Positions 16,709 to 24,613 of a stretch of 63,564 bases of DNA are shown here, piece by piece (positions within the stretch are counted from its first letter, which is position 1; every line of letters begins with the position of its first letter). The stretch covers positions 1-63,564 of the forward strand of contig CAYFRM010000040.1 of NCBI GenBank assembly GCA_964345635.1. Reading direction: 5' to 3'. Origin of the DNA: an uncultured Clostridia bacterium. Lineage in GTDB: Bacteria > UBA6262 > WVXT01. Both the position numbers and the translations under genes were made by a program. The notes beneath the pieces were generated by a model. The model saw only the letters and a list, made by a program, of their open reading frames with translations. It made no database searches and had not been told where the DNA came from.

Positions 16709-17608
16709 TTACGACCCGATTATTTTTTTTCTCGCCAGTCTACCTCTATTAAACAAGTCCTGAAGGTCTTTCTTTTTATTCTTTTCAATTGACTTTTTGA
16801 TTTTTCCCAGACGCTCTACCATTACCCTGATACTTTTTGAAATCGCTTTGCTATTGGACATACAGATATCTATCCACATTTCAGGACTGCTGTCTGCAAT
16901 TCTGGTCATATCCGAGATACTTCCCGCGATGATTCTACTGGCTCGCTGGTCTTTTTTACAAACCCTGCCTATAAGATTGGCTAATGTGGACGCCAGTACG
17001 TGGGGCAAGTGGCTCGTATATGCTACGAGATAATCGTGTTCTTCAGGTTTAAGCAAAAGAACTCTCGCTCCCATTCTTTTCCAGAGGTCTCCCACTACCT
17101 TAACCGCTCGTCGGTTATTCTTATCTGCCGGAGTCAGAACGCAGGTGGTGCCCGAGAAAATATCGGCCCTGGCATTTCTTACTCCTTGCTTCTCGGAACC
17201 TGCCATGGGGTGACCGCCGATGAAAGAAACCTCACCCCTTCTCCCTTTGCCGGCAGATTTTGCGAGAATCTCCCGGACTTCCTTAACCACTTTTTCCTTC
17301 GTGCTCCCTACGTCAGTTACAATGCAGCCATCTTTTAAATGGGGTAATATCCTCTTAACGATAAGTGGAATCTTGTCCACAGGCGCGGCAACCATAACTA
17401 TGTCCGAATCTTTGACCCCTCTGGCAAAATCGGTAGTGTAGCTATCAATGGCACCCAGTCTCTTTGCCTCTTTTAACTTGTGGATATGGCGACCGATTCC
17501 TACCACTTGCCGGGCGAGTCTCTTCTTTTTCAGAGCTAAACCGAAAGACCCTCCCATTAAACCCACGCCAATTATACTCACCTTAAAAAGTGACAGGTAC
17601 TTTTTCAT
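16709..17608 (-). CDS. tyrA: Prephenate dehydrogenase
   Basis: 299 aa. VSIIGVGLMGGSFGLAL Rossmann motif. The first 8 codons (MKKYLSLF) are encoded by the repeat at 17585-17605. Confidence 0.85.
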   Translation of the reverse strand: MKKYLSLFKVSIIGVGLMGGSFGLALKKKRLARQVVGIGRHIHKLKEAKRLGAIDSYTTDFARGVKDSDIVMVAAPVDKIPLIVKRILPHLKDGCIVTDVGSTKEKVVKEVREILAKSAGKGRRGEVSFIGGHPMAGSEKQGVRNARADIFSGTTCVLTPADKNNRRAVKVVGDLWKRMGARVLLLKPEEHDYLVAYTSHLPHVLASTLANLIGRVCKKDQRASRIIAGSISDMTRIADSSPEMWIDICMSNSKAISKSIRVMVERLGKIKKSIEKNKKKDLQDLFNRGRLARKKIIGS

Positions 17609-18350
17609 TTCTCTTTCCTTTTTTTCGGTTTGCCCTTATGAGACCAAAGGGATACCAATCCTTTCCTCTTCATCTCTTCCACAAACTCTCTCGAACCAAA
17701 CGCCCCTTCCCTGAAATATCTCTCTTCTCCTCGTCTTTCCTTTAACCCATCTTTCATAAATTCTCTGTATATCTGTTGTCTATCCAGGTCACTATCCGCT
17801 AAACCAAGATATTCTGGACTAAAATCTATTAAATAGTCCCTTTCTCCTTCTCCATAGGCTCTGTAACTACTCCAGTAATACCATTTTGGTTCTTCCACTA
17901 TCCCTGCTTTTACCGGATTTAGTTCTATATATCTTCCACACTCCAAAAGATATCTGCCCTCCTGAATCAGGAAACTCTTGAATCTTTCTTGCCATAAATG
18001 TCCTATTCCTCCGTAACTTTTTCTGTAATACTGTGCATATCTCCATTTTATACCTTTCATTGCCTCACTTAGTTCTCTCCCATTAGTAGCCTTTGCTATT
18101 AAATGTATATGATTCCCCATTAAAACATAATGGTATATTTCAAGCTCATACTTCTTCTTGTAAAAGGAAAGGATATCCAGAAATTCTTGATAGTCTTTAT
18201 CCTTATGGAATATAACCTGTTGGTTATTTCCACGGCTTAATATGTGATAGATGCCATTTTCTATAGTAAATCTTGCTCTACGCGGCATTATTTAGCTCCC
18301 AAAAAGTACCTGTCACTTTTTCTTTGAAAAAAGTACCTGTCACTTTTTTT
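17585..18350 (-). mobile_element. RAYT unit: REP-associated tyrosine transposase gene bracketed by inverted 21-nt hairpin repeats
   Basis: AAAAAGTGACAGGTACTTTTT at 17585-17605. Its exact reverse complement AAAAAGTACCTGTCACTTTTT occurs at 18301-18321 and again at 18327-18350, with a partial copy at 18353-18364. Each can form a 7-bp AAAAAGT/ACTTTTT stem with a 7-nt loop. Confidence 0.8.
17605..18288 (-). CDS. REP-associated tyrosine transposase (RAYT, IS200/IS605-like Y1 HUH family)
   Basis: 227 aa. HUH motif in LMGNHIHLIAKA and catalytic-Tyr region GRYIELNPVKAGIV. The stop overlaps the tyrA ATG (ATGA). Confidence 0.85.
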   Translation of the reverse strand: MPRRARFTIENGIYHILSRGNNQQVIFHKDKDYQEFLDILSFYKKKYELEIYHYVLMGNHIHLIAKATNGRELSEAMKGIKWRYAQYYRKSYGGIGHLWQERFKSFLIQEGRYLLECGRYIELNPVKAGIVEEPKWYYWSSYRAYGEGERDYLIDFSPEYLGLADSDLDRQQIYREFMKDGLKERRGEERYFREGAFGSREFVEEMKRKGLVSLWSHKGKPKKRKEK

Positions 18351-18367
18351 ATGTCACTTTTTTATCA

Positions 18368-19381
18368 CTATAAGTTTCTGCCTATTGTGCGGGCAAGTTT
18401 CTTTAGTTCCTGCATTAAGCTGGCGAATTTTTCTGGCAGGAGAGACTGTCTTCCGTCAGATAGGGCGTGTTCCGGGTCGGAATGTACTTCGATGATCAGA
18501 CCGTCGGCGCCGCAGGCAATTGCCGCTTTAGACATCGAACCCACAAAATTGCGCACGCCAGTCCCGTGCGAGGGGTCTACAATTACCGGCAGATGGCTCC
18601 AGGCTTTTATCGCGGGAATTGCGTTTAAATCCAGAGTAAACCTGGTGGCACTCTCGAAAGTTCTGATACCTCGTTCGCAGAGAATCACGTTTGAATTTCC
18701 GTTGGTAACAATGTATTCGGCAGACATCAACCACTCTTCGATTGTCGTAGCTATGCCTCGCTTAAGTAGTATGGGCTTTTTGCTTTTGCCAGCTTCTTTC
18801 AAAAGCTCGAAATTTTGAACATTGCGGGCTCCAATCTGGATAATGTCCGCATAGCGGGAAACTAACTCTACCTGTTCTATGTTCATAGCCTCGGTAACTA
18901 CCGGAAGGCCCGTTGCTTTCTTCGCTTTGGCCAAGTACTTCAATCCCCTCTCTCCCAATCCCTGAAAAGAATAGGGAGAAGTTCTCGGCTTGAAAGCCCC
19001 TCCGCGAAGAATTTTTGCTCCTGCTTTTTTTACGTCACTGGCAATAGAGAGAAGGAGGTCTTCCTTTTCCACCGAGCAGGGCCCTGCCATAACCACTATA
19101 TCTTTTCCCCCTATGGAAACATTGCCCAGCTCAACTATAGTATCTTCTTTTTTGAATTCCCTGCTGACCAGCTTGTAAGGTTTAGAGATGGGAGTAATCG
19201 ACTCCACGGTAAAGAACGCTTCAAACACCTCTCTGGCAGCAATAGCATTTTCGCCAATAACTCCGATTACTGTTCTCTCAGCACCCTGGGAAATGTGGGC
19301 TCGAAATCCCAGCTCTTCTATCTTTTTAACCAGCTCTTCAATCCCTTGCTTCGTGGTCCCTGGTTTTAGTGTTAGGAACAT
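18368..19381 (-). CDS. aroF: 3-deoxy-7-phosphoheptulonate (DAHP) synthase, type I-beta with N-terminal ferredoxin-like regulatory domain
   Basis: 337 aa. Collinear with my recollection of the Thermotoga-type enzyme: LKPG...[59 protein letters not shown]. Confidence 0.9.
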   Translation of the reverse strand: MFLTLKPGTTKQGIEELVKKIEELGFRAHISQGAERTVIGVIGENAIAAREVFEAFFTVESITPISKPYKLVSREFKKEDTIVELGNVSIGGKDIVVMAGPCSVEKEDLLLSIASDVKKAGAKILRGGAFKPRTSPYSFQGLGERGLKYLAKAKKATGLPVVTEAMNIEQVELVSRYADIIQIGARNVQNFELLKEAGKSKKPILLKRGIATTIEEWLMSAEYIVTNGNSNVILCERGIRTFESATRFTLDLNAIPAIKAWSHLPVIVDPSHGTGVRNFVGSMSKAAIACGADGLIIEVHSDPEHALSDGRQSLLPEKFASLMQELKKLARTIGRNL

Positions 19382-20469
19382 TTGTCCAAAACCTCCCTTA
19401 GGGCATTGATGAATCGCCTGTTCTGCTGGGGCAGTCCTACGGTCACCCTGATGAATTCCGGTAAATCGTATTCAACCATAGCTCTCACAATTATTCCCTT
19501 CTTCAATAATTTTTCAAACACGTTCTGTCCATTACCTACCTTGAGGAGAATATGGTTAGCCACCGAGGGAACGAATTCAATACCCATCTTCGCCAGATTT
19601 TTCTCCAGGTATTTCTTTTCCTTGCCAACCAGTTCACGGCTGCGCTTAATGTGCGCCTTATCGGAAAGGCTGGCCATAGCTGCTATCTGAGCCAGCGAAT
19701 TGGTATTGAACGGAGGTCTGATTCTCTCCATAAAGCCGATCAATTCCGATCTCCCTACGCCATAGCCGATGCGCAATCCTGCCAGTCCATAAATTTTGGA
19801 AAAGGTGCGCAGCACAATTAACGTTTGCCCTTTCTTAATATAGGGAAGAGTCTGAGGATAATCTTTTCTTGTTACGTACTCCCGGTAAGCTTCGTCAAAT
19901 ACCACCATTACCTCTTCCGGAAGACCATCCATAAATTTTTCTACTTCCTTCTCTGTAACATAAGTTCCCGTAGGATTGTTAGGGTTGGCTACAAATACTA
20001 TTTTCGTCCTTTCCGTTATTGCCCTCTTCATTGCCTCCAGGTCATGGGTAAAATTTCTCATGGGGACTCTTTTGATCTGACAACCCATCAGTTCTCCCGC
20101 CATCTCGTAGCGAATGAAGGCATGCCTGGAGACTACGATTTCGTCGACGGGATTCAGGAAAGTTTTCCCGATGATTTCGATTATTTCATCCGTTCCGCTA
20201 CCCAGGATAATATTTTCCGGATGCACCTTTAAATTCTTGGCCAAAGTCTTCTTCAAATAAAAACCGCTACCATCGGGATACAGGTTCACTCGATGGAGAG
20301 CCCTTTTCATGGCGCTGACTGCCCGGGAAGAAGGTCCCAGAGGATTCTCATTGGAAGCCAGTTTATCTACTCTGGCAAGACCTAATTCTCTTTTCACTTC
20401 CTCCATTGGCTTGCCAGGGAGGTAGGGTTGAAAATCCAAAATATTTTTTCTGACAAGTTTTTCAATCAT
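19372..20469 (-). CDS. hisC: Histidinol-phosphate/aromatic aminotransferase (class II PLP)
   Basis: ORF 19372..20532. The ATG at 20469 ([10 protein letters not shown]...) avoids overlap with pheA. Carries [11 protein letters not shown] and [15 protein letters not shown] (PLP Lys). Confidence 0.85.
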   Translation of the reverse strand: MIEKLVRKNILDFQPYLPGKPMEEVKRELGLARVDKLASNENPLGPSSRAVSAMKRALHRVNLYPDGSGFYLKKTLAKNLKVHPENIILGSGTDEIIEIIGKTFLNPVDEIVVSRHAFIRYEMAGELMGCQIKRVPMRNFTHDLEAMKRAITERTKIVFVANPNNPTGTYVTEKEVEKFMDGLPEEVMVVFDEAYREYVTRKDYPQTLPYIKKGQTLIVLRTFSKIYGLAGLRIGYGVGRSELIGFMERIRPPFNTNSLAQIAAMASLSDKAHIKRSRELVGKEKKYLEKNLAKMGIEFVPSVANHILLKVGNGQNVFEKLLKKGIIVRAMVEYDLPEFIRVTVGLPQQNRRFINALREVLDKCS

Positions 20470-20486
20470 TAAAGTATCCTCCCAAA

Positions 20487-21551
20487 TCACTCGCTTCTGG
20501 GATAAGAGCCCAATATTTTGAGAAACAGACATTCTTTTTCCAGTTGCCGCAAAGCACTTTTCACATTTTCTTCTTCCACGTGTCCGGCAAAGTCAACAAA
20601 GAATATATACTCCCAGGCCCTGAGCTTGGTCGGTCGGGATTCGATCTTGGTTAGATTAATTCTATTTTTCCGGAACGGGATAAGCATATCGTGTAGCGCC
20701 CCCACCCTATCTTTGATGGAGAAAAGAATGGAGGTTTTATCCTGTCCGCTTTTTCCGGGGTAACTCTTACCTATTACCAGAAAGCGGGTAAAATTCTGCA
20801 CGTTATCCTCAATACCCTCGGCGATTATTTTCAGGTCATATAAAGAGGCCGCAAGACGGGAAGCTATTGCTCCGCCCTCAGGGTCTTTCTCTGCCAGCTC
20901 CGCTGCCTTGGCAGTAGAAGATGTCTCTACCAACTCCGCGTTGGGCAGGCTGTCTTCAATCCAATTTCTGGACTGGGCAATTGCCTGAGGATGAGAATAA
21001 ATTCTCTTTATCTCCCCCAGTTCCCTCGCCCGGGAAAGGAGATTATGAGAGATTTCCAGAAGCAATTCGGAACAGATTTTCAATTCCGAAGCGACGAACA
21101 TATCCAGTGTATGATTGATTACCCCTTCCGTCGAGTTCTCAATGGGCACAACTCCGTAATCGGAGCGACCCTTTTCCACCTCGGAGAAAACGTCGGCTAT
21201 GCTCTTGGCAGAAGTAAAATCGGCAAATTTACCGAAATTCTTCACTGCTGCCAAATGGGTGAATGTGGCGGGCGGCCCTAGATAAGCTACCCTCAATTTC
21301 TTCTGCATCGACCGGGAAACGTTCAAAATTTCCTGTAAGATTCCTTTTAACGCTTCATTAGGTAGCGGGCCTTTATTCTTCTTAAGCAGCCTCTCCAATA
21401 TCTTCTTTTCCCGGTGAGGAGCATAAAATTCCTGCTTTTCCTTTGCTTTCAATTTTGCAATTTCCTGCACCGCTCTGGTTCTCTGGTTCAACAATTTCAA
21501 AATTTGGTTATCTACTGTGTCAATTTTTTCCCTTAAACTTTTTAAGTCCAT
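20487..21551 (-). CDS. pheA: Bifunctional chorismate mutase / prephenate dehydratase (P-protein)
   Basis: 354 aa. N-terminal CM helices (LREKIDTVDNQILKLLNQR), a PDT domain, and a C-terminal ACT domain with TKIESRPTK. Confidence 0.9.
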   Translation of the reverse strand: MDLKSLREKIDTVDNQILKLLNQRTRAVQEIAKLKAKEKQEFYAPHREKKILERLLKKNKGPLPNEALKGILQEILNVSRSMQKKLRVAYLGPPATFTHLAAVKNFGKFADFTSAKSIADVFSEVEKGRSDYGVVPIENSTEGVINHTLDMFVASELKICSELLLEISHNLLSRARELGEIKRIYSHPQAIAQSRNWIEDSLPNAELVETSSTAKAAELAEKDPEGGAIASRLAASLYDLKIIAEGIEDNVQNFTRFLVIGKSYPGKSGQDKTSILFSIKDRVGALHDMLIPFRKNRINLTKIESRPTKLRAWEYIFFVDFAGHVEEENVKSALRQLEKECLFLKILGSYPRSE

Positions 21552-21569
21552 GGATTATCCCTCCCGTCT

Positions 21570-22103
21570 TTATCCACTTACCGGTGGTTTTATCTCCTCC
21601 AGACTGGGAATTTCGGATAGGTCTTTTAACCCAAAGTAACGCAGGAATTCCTGAGACGTTGCATATAGCATTGGGCGACCCGGTAGCCTTTTCCTCCCCG
21701 AAATTCTAATCAATTTCTTTTCCAAAAGCGTCCGCAACACGCCAGAAGCATCGACTCCCCTTATCTTTTCTATTTCTCCCCGGGTAACGGGCTGTTTATA
21801 AGCGATGATGGAGAGCGTCTCCAGAGCAGGCAGTGAAAGTTGAAAAGTAGTTTGTGCTTTATAAAGTTTTCTCACCCAGCGGGAAAATTCTCCCCTGGTA
21901 AAAATCTGGTATCCCTGGGCAATGTTCAGAACTTGTAGCGCGCTATTTCTCAGCTCGTATTCTCTCTGCAAATCTTCCAAAGCCTCTTTTATCTCGCCAG
22001 AATTATCGATTTCCGTAATCTCCCCCAGTCTTTCTATACTCAACGGTCTATCAGAGAAAAATAAGAGACATTCAATTATGTTTTTCAATTCTTCTTTTTC
22101 CAT
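21570..22103 (-). CDS. scpB: Segregation and condensation protein B
   Basis: 177 aa. IIECLLFFSDRPLSIERL and two winged-helix repeats. Confidence 0.9.
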   Translation of the reverse strand: MEKEELKNIIECLLFFSDRPLSIERLGEITEIDNSGEIKEALEDLQREYELRNSALQVLNIAQGYQIFTRGEFSRWVRKLYKAQTTFQLSLPALETLSIIAYKQPVTRGEIEKIRGVDASGVLRTLLEKKLIRISGRKRLPGRPMLYATSQEFLRYFGLKDLSEIPSLEEIKPPVSG

Positions 22104-22108
22104 TGTCT

Positions 22109-22843
22109 TTATGCTACCCCTTCCCGCTTTGCCCTGTATATCCTTATATGCCCGAATGGCCTTGCCTGGCGAGCAAAAACCGTTCTCAACCGGATTAGCT
22201 CCAGAAGAGCCAGGAAAGTTACTATTAGAAGTCTCTTGGTCCTCTGGCCAGAAAATATGGTTTCAAAATTGATAAATCTTTTGTTTTCCAGAAGGTTCAG
22301 GATTTCCCGAATTCTGTCTTCCACCCTGATGTCTTCCTGAATTATTTCCCGCACCTCTTTTTCCGCGCGAAATACCACTTTCTGGAAGGCGTCCATAAGG
22401 TCAAAAAGCGAGGCCTCGATGGTATAATCTTCATCCTGGGGAACCAGAGGAAGACGCCCGTATACGTCCCTTTGAATTGCCTCCTTCTCTTTTAAAATAC
22501 CGGCTGCTTCTTTAAATTTCTTATATTCCATGAGTCTGGCCGCCAATTCCGCCCGGGGATCCTCAATCTCTTCCTCCTCAATTGTTTCTGGTGAGGGTAG
22601 TAACATTCTCGATTTTATGTGGATTAAGGTAGCAGCCATTACCAGAAATTCTCCCGCAAAATTCAGGTTCAGCTTCCGGAAAAGTTTTATGTAGTTCAAA
22701 TAGTCGGCCGTGATTTCTGCTATGGGGATATTGAATATATCCAGCTCGTTTTTTTTAACCAGGTGTAACAACAAGTCGAGAGGACCCTCGAATACCTCCA
22801 GTCTCACCTTATAATCCGTTACACTCTCCTCTTTATAGTCCAA
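22109..22843 (-). CDS. scpA: Segregation and condensation protein A
   Basis: 244 aa. FEGPLDLLLHLVKKNELDIFNIPIAEIT signature. Confidence 0.9.
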   Translation of the reverse strand: MDYKEESVTDYKVRLEVFEGPLDLLLHLVKKNELDIFNIPIAEITADYLNYIKLFRKLNLNFAGEFLVMAATLIHIKSRMLLPSPETIEEEEIEDPRAELAARLMEYKKFKEAAGILKEKEAIQRDVYGRLPLVPQDEDYTIEASLFDLMDAFQKVVFRAEKEVREIIQEDIRVEDRIREILNLLENKRFINFETIFSGQRTKRLLIVTFLALLELIRLRTVFARQARPFGHIRIYRAKREGVA

Positions 22844-23813
22844 TCGCTTCTCTCACTTTCTTAAGCGTTTCCTGAGTAATCTTTTGAGCACTGAGACGGC
22901 CCTGATTGAGGATCCTGGTGAGCTCTTCCGGATGCGCCTCCAATTCTTTCCTTTTTGCCTGAATCGATTTCAATCTCTCTATCAAAGCTTCGCTCAAAAC
23001 CTTCTTACAGGCCACGCAGCCTATTTTCCCACTTTTACAGTCGGCGGTTATTGCATCTATTTTGGGGGAATTAAATATCTTATGTAAGCCATATGCCGTA
23101 CACACGTCGGGGTGTCCGGGGTCATGCGCTCTAATCCGGCTGGGGTCGGTAATCATAGACGCTACCTTTTCCCGAATAACCTGCGGAGGGTCCGATAAGA
23201 AAATGCAATTATCATAGCTCTTACTCATCTTGCGGCCATCGGTTCCCAAAAGTTTGGGCACTTTAGTAAGAAGAGCCTGTGGCTCGGGAAAAATGTTTTT
23301 ATATAAGAAATTGAAGCGCCGGGCAATCTCCCGGCACAGTTCCAGATGGGGCAGTTGGTCTTCACCCACAGGTACGGCATCGGCTTTGTACACTAAAATG
23401 TCTGCCGCTTGCAGAACAGGATACCCCAGAAATCCGTAAGTAGAAAGGTTCTTATCCTTCAATTCCTGTTGTTGCTGCTTGTAAGTGGGGCACCTTTCCA
23501 GCCAGCTTAAAGGAATAAACATAGAAAATAGAAGATGCAGTTCCGCGTGCTCCAGAACATGAGACTGCACGAACATCGTGCACTTTTCAGGGTCGAGACC
23601 TGCCGATATCCAATCAATAACCATCTCTTTGATATTCGTTTTAATCTCTTTCGGGTTTTCGTACTCTGTCGTGAGAGCGTGCCAGTCTGCTACCATGTAG
23701 AAACATTCGTATTCGTCCTGTAAAGCTGCCCAATTGGCGAGTGCTCCTACCAGATGTCCCACGTGTAACTTTCCGCTGGGACGCATTCCACTTAAAATTC
23801 TTTTCCTGGTCAT
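22833..23813 (-). CDS. trpS: Tryptophan--tRNA ligase
   Basis: ORF extends to 23837, but the ATG at 23813 (MTRKRILSGMRPSGKLHVGH) is preferred. HIGH-like HVGH and KMSKS motifs. Confidence 0.95.
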   Translation of the reverse strand: MTRKRILSGMRPSGKLHVGHLVGALANWAALQDEYECFYMVADWHALTTEYENPKEIKTNIKEMVIDWISAGLDPEKCTMFVQSHVLEHAELHLLFSMFIPLSWLERCPTYKQQQQELKDKNLSTYGFLGYPVLQAADILVYKADAVPVGEDQLPHLELCREIARRFNFLYKNIFPEPQALLTKVPKLLGTDGRKMSKSYDNCIFLSDPPQVIREKVASMITDPSRIRAHDPGHPDVCTAYGLHKIFNSPKIDAITADCKSGKIGCVACKKVLSEALIERLKSIQAKRKELEAHPEELTRILNQGRLSAQKITQETLKKVREAIGL

Positions 23814-23815
23814 TT

Positions 23816-24502
23816 TTAAAAGCCCCTTCCTACCCACAAAAAGAGTAAACCATAGAGAAACTGGACGATGGGTATGATTATCGCCCAGAGTAAACCCGTC
23901 AAAAGTAACAAGAAGATAATAATAAAACCGTAGCGAGAAATTCCCTCATATTTTACGGCCAGATGAGTGGGCAATAATCCCGAGAGAATTTGTGAACCAT
24001 CCAGCGGAGGAATGGGAATTAAATTGAAAACTGCAAGCAAAAGATTGATTAGAACACTGAACAGAAGAATTATTATTATGGAATTCTTTATCTCTCCCAT
24101 GGGTAAGTAACTGAATATCCAGACCATAAAAGAAGAGGCAATAGCCAATCCTATATTGGACAAAGGGCCGGAAGCTCCCACTCGCACCAGATCCGCTCGG
24201 GGATTATTGAAATTGTAAGGATTTATGGGAACAGGTTTAGCCCAGCCGATAACAAACGAGGAACGAGAAAGAATTAGAAGGAGAGGAAATATTATTGTTC
24301 CGATAGGGTCAATATGTGGCAGGGGATTCAACGTTATTCTTCCGGCATATCTTGCGGTATTGTCTCCGCAGCGAGAAGCCATCCACGCATGGGCACATTC
24401 ATGAATAACAATTGCAAAAAAGAAAATAACCAGAGCTACAGGCAGAGGAATCATCCGGAAAACAAGAGAAGGATTCCTCACTATCTGTTCGAGCGTAATC
24501 AT
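23816..24502 (-). CDS. Site-2 protease family (M50) membrane metalloprotease
   Basis: 228 aa polytopic protein with a HECAHAW HExxH motif in a TM helix. Confidence 0.8.
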   Translation of the reverse strand: MITLEQIVRNPSLVFRMIPLPVALVIFFFAIVIHECAHAWMASRCGDNTARYAGRITLNPLPHIDPIGTIIFPLLLILSRSSFVIGWAKPVPINPYNFNNPRADLVRVGASGPLSNIGLAIASSFMVWIFSYLPMGEIKNSIIIILLFSVLINLLLAVFNLIPIPPLDGSQILSGLLPTHLAVKYEGISRYGFIIIFLLLLTGLLWAIIIPIVQFLYGLLFLWVGRGF

Positions 24503-24613
24503 GCACCAATCGGTGAGTTAAACTCCACTCACTCGGGTTGTCTCACCTCCTTTTACCGCGCTCCCGTGAACGGAAGCGGCTACTCTGTTTCTTTCCTTAA
24601 ATTTTTTATTTTA

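Noticed and set aside
19372-20532. Extended N-termini given by the ORF track for hisC (to 20532), trpS (to 23837), ribF (to 57542), rpsO (to 55125), rodZ (to 48133), pgpA (to 46675), Fe-ADH (to 29735) and the two OM barrel genes (from 1546 and 2771).
   Set aside because: In each case an internal ATG or GTG with a better-placed SD matches the usual family N-terminus or removes a long overlap with the upstream gene. The longer forms are kept only as alternatives.
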